Program-made: the position numbers and the translations under genes | The notes under the pieces: generated by a model | Told to the model about the DNA's origin: nothing | The model's database searches: none | What the model saw: only the letters and a program-made list of their open reading frames with translations | Shown here: piece after piece, positions 1 to 11,653 of the stretch | Position numbering within the stretch: position 1 is the first letter of the stretch | How the letters are laid out: the number at the start of each line of letters is the position of its first letter | Assembly (NCBI GenBank): GCA_000004985.1 | Contig: GG738907.1 | DNA length: 64,000 nucleotides | Source: Naegleria gruberi | Lineage: Eukaryota | Reading direction: 5' to 3' (one strand)

Positions 1-167
1 CACAATTTATACATCACTACCTTTTTATCATCACCACAAGTATTTTTGACCATTATTGCAATACAGCTCTCTATTGTAAAGTATATTATCTCTTCCTCAT
101 CAAGAACCAATAGTAAAAAACGTGCTAAGAATATTTAGAGTAAATAATAATATATTTAATTTAAAAA

Positions 168-2324
168 ATGATAAGTGGAGGAAGCGCATCTAATTCCAAT
201 GTTGTTGGTCCAATTTCATCTTCCCTCCATACAACAACAACAACATCCAACTCAAGTGCTTCTAATGATAATAATAATAATAATAATACACAGATCCTTC
301 CACAACAACAGCAACATCAACAAGAAGCAAGTAGTTTGACCTCTTTCTTAACTTCACAACAAGGAGTAGGTAATAACAACAACAACAATAACAACACTAC
401 TCCAATAACAACAACAACAATATTAGCATCAGGAGGAGGGGAACAAATTTCCCAGCAACAATCTTCTCATCATGCTATTGTTATTGGTGGTGCAAATACT
501 AATACCTCACTTTTACCACCATTGGCTAAATCCACTCCAATCATGACTACAACAACACTTAATGGTACTAGCGCTGCTAATCAACCAAGTTCATCATCAA
601 CAACATCACAATTTGTGCCTATTGCCCCAGCAACGAGTAATCCACACAATAATTCACTAAGTGTACAACCAGCTCATTCCTCAGATCATGTAGCTGAACA
701 TCATACAAAGAGTGTTCCGTCAAATTCCTCCGTGAATGTATCCAATAACAATGTGCCATCTAATGTTTCTTCCTCACAACAAGCTAGAAGACCCAAACCT
801 GTTCAAATTGGTTTTATGCCACCAGTATCCTTGTGTGTTTTGATGGAACAAATGGCCTCTAAGATTCATCAACACTATCAACCTCAAAAACCACCTAGTT
901 CATCTAAGAAATCAGAATTATCCTCTCAAAAAAAGGATGTAGCAGGGGAATCATCTTCCACCCTTAATTCCAACAGTAGTGAAGATGCTAAGAAAACAGA
1001 AACAATGTTAACTGATGATAAGACTAACAATCAATCTAACGAAACAAATGCTAATGTAATATCTACTTCTAGGAATGTTTCATCAACTAGTCAAGGAAGA
1101 TCCAAGTCACCAGGGTCAACTCCATCTCTCTACGATATTTTAAATGAGGAATATCATTCCAACTATTCCAATTATCAAGAATTGATTCATGCAACAAATT
1201 TGATTGTTGAATTTTTATATGGAAATACTGATCTTAAAGAGAGATACCATCCATTTCATTCACAGTTTGCTAGTCAACAACATCCATCCTTTTCTTGGGT
1301 TTATATGGTACCACCTGACCAAACTCCTCCAGTTATGTACCCTAGTGCACCATCAACAATAGGTTCATCATCTTCACATTCTGGAGTTGCAATTCCAATT
1401 TCTACTCCTGTAAAATCTGGAAGAGGCACAAGATCTGACATTACGCCAACTTCTAATTTCAAATCTGCTTCAACGGGCAGTAGTTCAGCAGCAAGTTCAC
1501 ATGATACATTGGAAATTCCTCCTCCAGTTTTTGCCATGCCAAAACCAAATAATGGCAGTTCAGAGGCTTCAACTCCAATGAGAGTAAGAATTGCACCAAA
1601 TACTGGTGGCGGTACTGCCATGCTACCAATACCTGAACATCAACATATTTCACCATTCCCAATACGGGCCAAGGAAGAAGATTTGATGGAAGAAGATAAA
1701 AGAAAGAGAAGAATCAGCAAGAAACCAGAAACTGGAGAAGGAACAACTGGAAGTGATGAACAAGAGAATAAGTTCGTTTGTTATATTTGTGACAAATCTG
1801 TTATTGATAAGAGTACCAAATATACACTCACCTCAAGTAATTTTTCATCATTCCATGAAGTTTTCCCTCATTTAAAGACTCCACTTTTGGGTGAATCAAA
1901 GAGAATTTGTGCTAATTGCTATCACAAAAAGTATAGAAATTCTAGAAAAAAGAAGGCTGACGATAAGAAGGATGTAATTAGTCAAGGTTCTTCCAATGTC
2001 ATGTCAGTTGATGCACAATCTGAAAGTTATGAACCAACTTACTGTTGTTGTGTTTGTAAAAAGAATGGAAGTGATGAATTTACTGAAACTAACTTTGTAA
2101 ATGTACAAAATTATAGATCATATCTTACCTACTTCCCATTCATATCGGATACTCCAACTGCAGATAGACAAATACCTGTTTGTGATGCCTGTCATGCAAC
2201 ATATTTACAAGCAGAAAATCAAGAAAAGAAGAGAAAGTTCATGCATATGCCAAATATTCCAAATGCTGTTGACACCCTTGAATCCCTCAATAAGAAACTG
2301 AAACCAGATACAAGCCATCTGTAA
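168..2324 (+). CDS. Low-complexity N/Q/S/T-rich protein with two C-terminal Cys-x2-Cys...Cys-x2-Cys zinc-ribbon-like modules (hypothetical)
   Basis: A 718-aa ORF opens with ATG in an A-rich context (aaaaATGata). It has poly-N, poly-Q and poly-T tracts. The C-terminus holds CYICDKS...CANCYHKK and CCCVCKK...CDACHATY paired-Cys motifs. A polyA-like aataaa follows the stop. Confidence 0.5.
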   Translation: MISGGSASNSNVVGPISSSLHTTTTTSNSSASNDNNNNNNTQILPQQQQHQQEASSLTSFLTSQQGVGNNNNNNNNTTPITTTTILASGGGEQISQQQSSHHAIVIGGANTNTSLLPPLAKSTPIMTTTTLNGTSAANQPSSSSTTSQFVPIAPATSNPHNNSLSVQPAHSSDHVAEHHTKSVPSNSSVNVSNNNVPSNVSSSQQARRPKPVQIGFMPPVSLCVLMEQMASKIHQHYQPQKPPSSSKKSELSSQKKDVAGESSSTLNSNSSEDAKKTETMLTDDKTNNQSNETNANVISTSRNVSSTSQGRSKSPGSTPSLYDILNEEYHSNYSNYQELIHATNLIVEFLYGNTDLKERYHPFHSQFASQQHPSFSWVYMVPPDQTPPVMYPSAPSTIGSSSSHSGVAIPISTPVKSGRGTRSDITPTSNFKSASTGSSSAASSHDTLEIPPPVFAMPKPNNGSSEASTPMRVRIAPNTGGGTAMLPIPEHQHISPFPIRAKEEDLMEEDKRKRRISKKPETGEGTTGSDEQENKFVCYICDKSVIDKSTKYTLTSSNFSSFHEVFPHLKTPLLGESKRICANCYHKKYRNSRKKKADDKKDVISQGSSNVMSVDAQSESYEPTYCCCVCKKNGSDEFTETNFVNVQNYRSYLTYFPFISDTPTADRQIPVCDACHATYLQAENQEKKRKFMHMPNIPNAVDTLESLNKKLKPDTSHL

Positions 2325-4265
2325 TTGTAATAAATAACTGTAGACTAGTTTTGTAAAATATTATCTTTTAAACAGTTACTCAGGAGTGCTGCAGAATACC
2401 CAACAACTAATTTTGATGACTCAACATCCTCTTACGGACTGAAATTAGGCGAAATCAATCCTCACACAAAGGAGTGTTAACAAACATGTACGAGGAATTG
2501 CAAACAATCATGCATTTCTCAGTCTTTGAATACAATAAAGTGTGAGAACAGTTACAATCTTCCAAAATCATTACCATGTCATGATGGAATGGTTTCTAAC
2601 TTGCTAATGAGAAGGAAACAGTTCTATTTCATAGATTTTTAACTTTGATGCCCAAATCCAAGCAACCACTTAATTACTTAAGATTGTTATTAGCAGACAT
2701 TGTTAATAAATTCAAGTGCAAACCATTAAAATTGTTGACAATTGACGCTTTAACTGAAAACTAACCATGTTTATGCTCCGCCCACAGCCATGAAGAGAAA
2801 ATGTGGCAAGTGTAGCTTGTTTCGTTTTTGATTGTTTGGGAGATTTAATTTTCCACATCACTTTATCTGAGCAAGGTGGAAATCCTCACACAAACGCAAC
2901 TTCTACAAAGAGCAAGCACGTTTCTTCCACGGAAACACACAGCAAATAACAATGTAATCTTGATGAAGATAACAACAGTATTATGTTAGGACCACACCAA
3001 CTGTAACACTTTGTTAATATAATCAATGACATGCAGCTCTCTTGTGGAGGTAAACTGCACGAAACTTCAAACGAAAGAGAACGATCACGTGTGGAGATTG
3101 AATATCCTCCACAACCAAAATAAAATTCCCCACAACAGGCTATTTCTAAACAATTACTATCTTACAAAAAAACTCAAAGAACTCTGCGTCTCATCATCGT
3201 TTCTGACTCAATTAGAAAGGAAGACACACAAGCAACAGCTGCAGATATTTTCATCCTTCATCACCATTATCAAATAACCAACAAGAATCAACATCATCAC
3301 CCACACAGAAACAATATATTGTCCATTTCTTGAACAAATATATTCATCGTGGTGCACTTGCAAAAAAGACATAATAACAATTACAGTAGACACATTGCGA
3401 TCTTGTTATTAGGTTTTAAAAACATTGTTATAGAAGTGGAAGCGAAATTCTTCTTGCTGATTTTTCTCTATCTCTCTCTTGCTTACCAAGTAAGTTTTTC
3501 AAACTGTCTTGAATGTGCTAATACCCAAAAATGATTGCCAATTTTTACATGTGTACATATTTTACATACATCGTAATGTATTGGATCGATTTAATGTTCC
3601 ATCATTGAATCTACTTGCAAATTCCCAAATGTAATCATGTGTGTGTAATGATGTGGCTACTCGGTTTCATCCAAAATTATATTGTATGCTTGCTCTATTG
3701 ACTTTAAATGTTAACTTTTTGTTCAGCCTTAAACGAACATATTCATCAGAATAAGGTAGTACAGCACCAAAATAATTCGACTGGTCAATAACAAAAGAAC
3801 CGCTTAACTCTTTAAGGCATTTATTCAGCCTTATTTGAAGAACTTTAAGAAGCGAAATTCTTGGTTCCTTATTTTTAACTTGTTGCCCTTATTTTACTTT
3901 AACCTGTAGATTTCAAGTCAGCAAGAAAAACATTGTTTGACTCATTTCGCGAAACACTCTTTTCCAGAGAGAGAATTAGTATTTATTTCACGCTTAGATT
4001 CCTGCAGCAATACCTCAAGAGTTCGCGTTCCTCCTTAGAGAAGGGTCATCATCATCTCTCGCACTTTTTACCAAACTAAAATTCGAAGAGCCTCTTACCG
4101 CTGTAAACAGAGTTAGAAACACAGAACAACAAGAACTACCAAAACATCTTAAGAGGGATAAGTTTCAATCATTCAGAAACATTCCTTCGCCATATTCTTC
4201 AATAACACTCTCAAAAAAATTGCCTCTGCCTTAATAGAGTTCTCAGAACAGGTCATTAATAACTT

Positions 4266-6197
4266 ATGAATAGTCATCATCAAATTTTTGGTGCTGCTTC
4301 CTCTCATCATCAGATGCAACCACAACAGAAACCATTATCACCTACATCATTGTTAGCAGCCACCACTGCTAATACATCTACTCATACAAATATTGCAAAT
4401 AATACTACATCCAGTCATACTATGAATTCACAACAATTAAAACCTCTAAACATGGTTGTCCCACCAACAACACACTATAGTGAAATGAAATCTTCCATAT
4501 CCTCCTACCCTTTTAATCAACCATATTCCATGCCATCATCGACGACGACGACCACCAATAATTCAACATCCCCAAATCCAACTTTGCAATCATCCACTAA
4601 GATGTACAATAATTCAGATTCCTATCATGGTAGCAATTATCAGACTTCCCTTTATTCGAGTGCAGTTCAATCCAATAACCATCCATCATATACATCCAAT
4701 GCTACTGTCTCCAATGCTGCTAATACATATACATCCTCCATGTTACCTCAAAACACTAATCCATATCAACAAACCTACTATACATCTTCATCATTCCAAT
4801 CCTCTCCTCCTTCATCACACCACCACTATACTTCCTCTCAAGCACATGTGCCAAGTAATCCAAGCAGTAGACATAGCCCAAATAGTTATTCTACAAATCT
4901 TCAATCTACACCTTCCGTAACAGTAGCTACATCATCTTCTGTTCATTCCATGTGGTCTTCAGCACAGCAGCAACAAGAGAAACTTCCCAACATGAAGGAT
5001 ATATTTGGTAGTCCAAATAGTACATGGTCACCATCAACATCGAAACAACAATTACCAAGTTTTATGGATGAGTCAAAGAAGAGTGAATTACCATCCTACA
5101 ATAATTTTAATAATCAAAATTCTCATTCATCATCCACTTCAACTACGCATGTGTCTCCTATAAATTCTTCGGAACATGTTGCTACTGCATTCATGGAGGA
5201 ATTGCAACAAAAGTTGAGACACCAAGATGCAATCATTAAGAGATTGGAAAAGGAAAATATTAGATTGAAAAATGAATTGGATTCTTTCAATAGAAGTATT
5301 AATCAATATAGTAGTAGTGGTAATTCAAATAATATGAAAGCATCCTCTCCAAAGAAGAGAAAGATTGCAACAGATGCAACTGCTGGGACTTTGGAAATGA
5401 AATCACAATCATCTCATTCCTCAATCTCTTCTGACCAATATTCGAATAGTAATGAAGACATGAGTGATGCATTGGATGATGAAGACGATGCAGATGAATT
5501 TGAGGATGGAACAGATGGTAAATCCAAGAAGAGAAAACAACCATCCAATCTAGTTCGTTCTAAAAAAGCAAAGGATGAAATCAAGAAACAAAAGCCCTCC
5601 TCTTCAAGGAGTAGTGGCAGAAGAGATGCTACAGTTGGAGATTTGGAAAAGTATACAGTAACATGGAAGGGAGAAACCTATGTCTTGGTGAATGCATTCA
5701 AGAATAGAACTCAAATATTGAACTATTATGTTCCACTCTATCAGAATAATTTCCCAGAAAAGACATGTAAATTAGTATTATGCAATGACGAATATAAGGT
5801 TCTCTCTTCGGAAAATCCAAACACTGTTGAAAAGAAGAAGCATGCTTGGAGAGTTTCTGTCTTTACTATGGATTTTTATAACTTTGTTAAGAACTTTGAT
5901 AAGAGAACATTGAAGATTATTAATTCATCCTCTGGTTTCATTCCAAATGTAAACTTTGAAGGTGGATCAGTATCCTCTCCTTCTGTTCCAACATCCTCTC
6001 GTTCCAATCCAACTCAGAATGCACCTCCTTCATCAATGAACACTTCCAGTTCTACACCACTATTAATTGACAATAGACGTCCTTCTCTCCCTAATTTGCA
6101 ACCAACACTTTTGCCACCACCAATCCTTTCCTCTTCAACAGATGTAAATGCATTGGACATGGCACCAAAACCAATTTCTACCATTCACAATAAATAA
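4266..6197 (+). CDS. Hypothetical S/T/N-rich protein with central coiled coil and basic KKRK stretches
   Basis: A 643-aa ORF starting at ATG. The heptad-like segment EELQQKLRHQDAIIKRLEKENIRLKNELDSF is followed by nuclear-localisation-like basic runs and a conserved-looking C-terminal region. I recognise no family. Confidence 0.45.
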   Translation: MNSHHQIFGAASSHHQMQPQQKPLSPTSLLAATTANTSTHTNIANNTTSSHTMNSQQLKPLNMVVPPTTHYSEMKSSISSYPFNQPYSMPSSTTTTTNNSTSPNPTLQSSTKMYNNSDSYHGSNYQTSLYSSAVQSNNHPSYTSNATVSNAANTYTSSMLPQNTNPYQQTYYTSSSFQSSPPSSHHHYTSSQAHVPSNPSSRHSPNSYSTNLQSTPSVTVATSSSVHSMWSSAQQQQEKLPNMKDIFGSPNSTWSPSTSKQQLPSFMDESKKSELPSYNNFNNQNSHSSSTSTTHVSPINSSEHVATAFMEELQQKLRHQDAIIKRLEKENIRLKNELDSFNRSINQYSSSGNSNNMKASSPKKRKIATDATAGTLEMKSQSSHSSISSDQYSNSNEDMSDALDDEDDADEFEDGTDGKSKKRKQPSNLVRSKKAKDEIKKQKPSSSRSSGRRDATVGDLEKYTVTWKGETYVLVNAFKNRTQILNYYVPLYQNNFPEKTCKLVLCNDEYKVLSSENPNTVEKKKHAWRVSVFTMDFYNFVKNFDKRTLKIINSSSGFIPNVNFEGGSVSSPSVPTSSRSNPTQNAPPSSMNTSSSTPLLIDNRRPSLPNLQPTLLPPPILSSSTDVNALDMAPKPISTIHNK

Positions 6198-6938
6198 CTC
6201 TTAATCCTTTAAAGTATGTTATTAAGGCAAGTAAAGTTTTGACTCTTGGAGATTAAATTGGTTAGCCATATAAATAAATTTTACAGCTTAGCTCTAGTGT
6301 CTTTTATGGAAAAAATCATGGTACCTGACTAATAAGAGTTTTGTACTTATCTCAGCTTATTTAAACATGTTTGCAGTTCAAATTACTTGATATTACAATA
6401 AAAATCATTTTCTACATGTATGTAGCGGTTATTCCTTATCAAGATTTAAGGAATAATCATCACAAACATGCAGCAATTCCTTTCAATTCCAATCTTAAAT
6501 ATACAACTATTGTTTTCCAGTCCAATTAATATCTCTTCAATCTTATTGAATAATTACTGAAACTCATCTTAATATTTTTTGATTATTGAAAAGTATCAAT
6601 CAGCCAATTACCCTTGCAAGTCCAAAAACAAACCATTAACACTCGATATTGAGATGGAGAATCATGTCATGCATGGTTCATAATAATAATCATTATAAAT
6701 AATTGTAATCCCGAATGATAATGAAAATTTCATTTTCCCAACTGCGAAAAAAACCAATCATCATTCAGCAAAGAAAAGAGGGTTGTGTGTTTTTCGGATA
6801 ACCGCCACAAGAAGAGATTTTCATCATCATCATTAATAAATTGTGTGTGATTGGAAGGACGGGATTATCTGTTACTACTACTTTGCTTTGATTTAATAAT
6901 ATATTCATTCTAACTTTTACATATTTATATAAAAGATC

Positions 6939-9238
6939 ATGAGTAATATTGCACTTCGTTTAACGGATTATAAAATTGAGTATGATTCACAGCTGACGAA
7001 TAACAAACCACTCTATGTAAATTACTTTATTCGATGCTCGTACAAGGCTAAAACTTCATCATTATCCAATGAACAATCCTACACGGTGATAAAGAGGTAT
7101 TCCGAAATATTAGAGTTACACAAAAAGATTTTGAAACAATTGGGAAAGAGGCTAACATCAAATAATGAGAAAAAGTCGAATAGTAATATTGAGGAGGGAC
7201 TTAAATTTCCTGGAAAATTGTTATTTGGTAATTTTAAGGTAAATTAATTTTACATTAATTCATCATAAATTAATTACATAACATTTTACGTATTAATATC
7301 ACTTAATTGTATCATATATATATTTGATAATTTAAATAGGATGAAAATATAATGAAGAGAAAGGATGAATTGCAAAAGTATTTTGATCAAATTACCTCAA
7401 TGCCAATGATTACTCAGGATCCATTGGCTTGTCAAATTATTTATGCATTCTTCAGAAGAAGTTTGCAACGCATTTCACCAAGGAGTGTATTTGGAGATTA
7501 TTATGACAGAGTTTTGGAAAAGGTCAAGAAAATGTCTGTTACATCCGATGAGGATTTGAACATGTTCAATTCTGTTACTTCACAAGCTTCAAAAGGTACT
7601 TCTGATGTTGTTTTCCAAACCATCGATCAAATTAAGGGGTTGGATCAACTAGTTTACTTGAACATGGATGTTCCAAGTGTGAGTACTACTCACATGAAAA
7701 ATGAAGAAGATGACTTGGATGATTTGTATTATATTGTAAATAATTCACCAAAGGATAATTTCAATGAGGACAGAAGTGGAAATCATGGTAAAAAGAAGAA
7801 GAATACTCGAGAATTGAAATCAATGTGGTGCAACATGTTAATGGAAGATTGTATTCCAGCATTTGTATCTGAAGATTTGGATGTGTTAAATAATTTGGAT
7901 ACATCATCAGTTTTCAGCTTGGATTGGAATGGAATGATTACCAATCTGTGTCAAGTGATGAATAATTACAACAAGGCCATTCAATATCCTAGAATGATGA
8001 TGTATAAGGAATGTTGTGAAGTTTATGAAAAGTTAAAGCAAGAACGTGAGATTGCCCTCATTCTGATCTACAATAGAATGAAGAAACTGTTCGAAGATGA
8101 TAAGAAAAATCCAAGAACTACTGAACAAGGAAAGGCAGCCAAGAACTGTCTCTCCGCTTTGGCCCAAAACTGTGTCGATATGGCAGTAACTTTTGAAGAA
8201 ATTTCAGAGAGTTTTTCCTTATTGAAAAAGTACTTTTCTGAGCTTGCTAGTAATAATCCAATCACTCAAAGAGAGGAATTTATTTGTACTCTTGGCTATT
8301 TGAATGAAATTTTAACCATCCTAATTGAACAAGTCAAGAAGGGGCATCAAAAGAATGTTACACTCCGTCAAATTCTCAAGACCATGTTTGTTGTTTTTGA
8401 AGATATTGCCACAAGTAGAATGAAGCTATTCAAACAAAGTCAAACCTCTCAAACATCAAATAGTTCTGATGAAGAAAGCAAATCTAAAACATCTGAAAAT
8501 GAAGATCCAGACACTGATACCTATAATGTTCATTGCAGAGAATACTTGGAACATTTCTTGCTTCCATTTGCTTCTATCGGTTTCCTTTCAGAGTTGACTT
8601 TTATGGTTCCAGACTCGATGAAATATTTCATCATGTATAATTGTGCCTTAAAAGAAAAGAGAATCAAGGCAATCATTTCACAAAAATCAGAAAATGACAA
8701 TAATGTTGATATCCAAATGAGACAGTATGCTGAAAAATTCTTCACAGAGAAGATGCCACACTCAGATGAGACAAGAGAGGCCTTGGCTAGAGCATTCCAA
8801 TCTGAACTTCAAAGTTTAAGCAATAACGATATTGTCAATCCAGACAATTTGCTTTTTTGTATTCCCGAACCATTGCACAGAACATGTACATTATACTGTA
8901 TGCGTTTCTTGAGCTTTGTCAATGAATTACCAGAGATGGAAGGTATTCAATTTTGTAAATTAGTTCACCAACAATATTCCAGAACAACAATGCAAGAAAT
9001 TGATCAGTGGAATGTAATGATTCATGTATGTGAAAAGACACTGAACATTGTCAATCAGGTACACAAGAGCTACTTGCAAAATAATTCAGTAGATATTGCC
9101 AGTACTTCTGACTCGGTCAAGATTTCCATAACATACGAAACCAAATCCAGATTAGATTTAATTTCCAAACAATTTTCAGGCTATTCAGATAGATTACATT
9201 TCTATAATAACGAATCTAAACGTCTCAGATTACTTTAA
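6939..9238 (+). CDS. PX (phox homology) domain protein, 2 exons (6939..7238, 7340..9238; intron 101 nt)
   Basis: Exon 1 ends in GNFK followed by the donor gtaaat. Exon 2 starts in frame after the acceptor aatag. The joined N-terminus reads YTVIKRYSEILELHKKIL...FPGKLLFGNFK|DENIMKRKDELQKYFDQI. This fits the PX-domain pattern R-Y-S-D/E-F...LP-GK...R...L-Q-Y. Confidence 0.6.
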
Positions 9239-9621
9239 CTTTGTTAATTTATTAAAATAATCAATTCTAACAGGGTAAAAATTGTTCATGAAATCTTATT
9301 CTTCATATCCATATATTTCAATTCCGATCATGAACAATTTTAACAGTAAACTTTCAAAGTTTTATAATGTAATGACATCGTTGTTTTGGTGAATAATTGT
9401 TTTTCAATAAAATTAAAATTAACCTCCTTACCAAAAAAGACAAACAAAGATATTACATGAAGCATATGAAAATTCTGCATCCCATCATAATATTGTTAGT
9501 GGATTCAAAGAAGCTTGTGTTGTACCACTTGATACAAAGTCAGCACTTGCCAAAATTCAACATTCCAAAAATAGTAATCAAGAAATTTGGAAATTTATTA
9601 TCGGAATTAAATTATTTTGCC

Positions 9622-10377
9622 CTATTTACACATTTTACAACAACAAACACAACAGCAAACCAAGATTAAGATTATAAATCCTAAAATCATAGCTCCTCCA
9701 ACAACAACACCAGCAACAATTCCACTTGAGGCACTTCCAGGTGATTTGTAAACAAGTGCCAAATTGGTAACACCACTACTTGATTTCTGGCATGAAGGTG
9801 TGAAATTATCAACTGAGGAACACAAGATAAAATCAGAGGTGAATGCAATTTCACCTTCCTTAATATTGAAACAAATTGGAACACTATCGGAATTGTACTT
9901 TAGAATGGCATTGTACAAATTACTTAATGGTCTCTTAACAATAGTTCCAATTGAATAGGTAAACTTGACAATGTTATGAGAAACTTCAATACTGCTCGGT
10001 GTTGAATTCAACATGGTGAGTGGAATCATTTGTTGATTGCAATTTTCATCGTACAAGGTTAAATCACCTAATAACCAAGTTCCGGATGGGATTGTTGAGG
10101 ATTGACGAGTGTGTTTGTTGTTACTTTCGAGTTGGTTGATAAAGTTTTGGCGAGCTTCTTGGCTGTATCTTGTCTTGGCTGTTTGGATGAACGAGTTTAG
10201 TTTGGTTTCGACTTGGTTGAGCTTTTTGTTCCATGATGATCGGAAAGGATTGTCAATACAGTGGACACTGTTTACCATGAGCAAAGCTGCAAGAGAAAGC
10301 AATAGGAGAATTGGGAGAAGGAAATTTCTTCTCTTGTTAATGTTGCGAATTGTGTTATTCGAAACTTGTGACGACAT
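9622..10377 (-). CDS. Type I membrane protein with signal peptide, ~200-aa ectodomain, single TM and poly-cysteine tail (paralog A)
   Basis: A 251-aa ORF. It has an N-terminal hydrophobic signal (FLLPILLLLSLAALLMV) and a C-terminal TM (IVAGVVVGGAMILGFIILILV). The protein ends in CCCVCCCKMCK. It shares blocks with the neighbouring ORF: PLSNLYNAILKYNSDSVPICFNIKEGEIAFTSDFILCSSV against PFSTLYNGVLTYQKDSAPVCFDLKNGALSLSTDFLLCSSV. Confidence 0.5.
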   Translation of the reverse strand: MSSQVSNNTIRNINKRRNFLLPILLLLSLAALLMVNSVHCIDNPFRSSWNKKLNQVETKLNSFIQTAKTRYSQEARQNFINQLESNNKHTRQSSTIPSGTWLLGDLTLYDENCNQQMIPLTMLNSTPSSIEVSHNIVKFTYSIGTIVKRPLSNLYNAILKYNSDSVPICFNIKEGEIAFTSDFILCSSVDNFTPSCQKSSSGVTNLALVYKSPGSASSGIVAGVVVGGAMILGFIILILVCCCVCCCKMCK

Positions 10378-10697
10378 TTTTTTATCTTGTTAGAAGAGAA
10401 TCATGTAATTCATCTCCTTCCTTTTATTCTCCTTTCTCAATTAGTTTTTTTGGAATGGCCCTCTCACGCATTTCCTTACCACTTTGAATTGGCAACGATT
10501 CATCACCCAACGTCAGTTTCGACAAGTTTCTATCATTGATTTTTTCACACAAACATTCTAAAAGGAAAAGTCAACTACAGTATTCCATCTCATTCTCCTA
10601 AAATATTGAAACTCTTGTCAATTTTATTAATAGCGAACACTTGTTGTGGTAGTAGTATTGGGAACCGAACCATTGTGCGAGATGAGAAGAGTTTCGT

Positions 10698-11504
10698 TCA
10701 TTGAACCCATAGCCATTCTGTTTCTTCTTCTTCTTCTTCGGCCATGCAACAGCAACAACAGACACAACAAGCAATACAGAAAACAATTACCAAGACAATG
10801 ACAATGACAACACCAGCAATGGAAGCTGAAGTAATTGTTCCTGGACTATTGTAAGTAATTGTAACGGCATCTAATACGGATGAACAAGTTGGTTTTTCAT
10901 TCACTGAGCTACACAATAAGAAATCAGTTGATAATGATAAGGCACCATTCTTGAGATCGAAACAGACTGGAGCTGAATCCTTTTGGTAAGTTAAGACACC
11001 ATTATAGAGAGTGCTAAAAGGTCTTTGAACTACACTGTCAATTGTCAATAAGGAAACTCCAACAACTGAAACAGTAATGGAAGATCCAGTTGATTTCATT
11101 TGAATGAATGGATAGGTTTTAGTTTCACATCCTCCACCACCACCAGATTTGGCAGTATAGACAGACATATCACCTGTATACCAAGATCCAACTAACAGAG
11201 TTGTATCAAGAGCCTTTCTCTTAATGGATTCCCGAGCTAGTTGTGATGAAAAATCAACTCTCATCTCCTCTGAATACATTTCCTTAGATTTCTTAATCAA
11301 TTCTTCAATGGCTTGATAATTATTTTCGGAAGAGCCATAGGATGACCATTGCTTAATTCTATTATTTACAGTTTGATCTTGGACCGCTTGTTCCGAAACC
11401 CTCAATGATGATGATCCCTCCACTGCTACCTTCATCATTATCATCATCACAAAAACAAGCAACAATCCAAGCTTACTTGAGAGAGAAAAATTAACGTTCA
11501 TCAT
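10698..11504 (-). CDS. Paralog B of the poly-Cys-tailed type I membrane protein
   Basis: A 268-aa ORF with the same architecture as 9622..10377: signal peptide, a coiled-coil-like segment, the conserved ectodomain blocks, a TM, then CIACCVCCCCCM and an acidic tail. The two genes are tandem on the same strand, about 320 bp apart. Confidence 0.5.
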   Translation of the reverse strand: MMNVNFSLSSKLGLLLVFVMMIMMKVAVEGSSSLRVSEQAVQDQTVNNRIKQWSSYGSSENNYQAIEELIKKSKEMYSEEMRVDFSSQLARESIKRKALDTTLLVGSWYTGDMSVYTAKSGGGGGCETKTYPFIQMKSTGSSITVSVVGVSLLTIDSVVQRPFSTLYNGVLTYQKDSAPVCFDLKNGALSLSTDFLLCSSVNEKPTCSSVLDAVTITYNSPGTITSASIAGVVIVIVLVIVFCIACCVCCCCCMAEEEEEETEWLWVQ

Positions 11505-11653
11505 TTAAGATTTTTTTTTAAGGTTCAAATTTTCCGTGTTTTTGAGGAAATTTCCTGGATCATCCACAATTGGGAAGGATTATTGGATGTTGAGATGAAA
11601 TTTTGTTTATTTGGGAAGAATTGAGTTATATTGAGGAGAAAAATTGGCACATT

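Noticed and set aside
1301-1662. Minus-strand ORFs (106 aa and 67 aa) inside the first gene, plus the alternate-frame ORFs 4627..4920 and 5299..5544 inside the second gene
   Set aside because: They are embedded in low-complexity coding sequence of the opposite strand or another frame. Their composition mirrors the repeats, and they have no independent start context.
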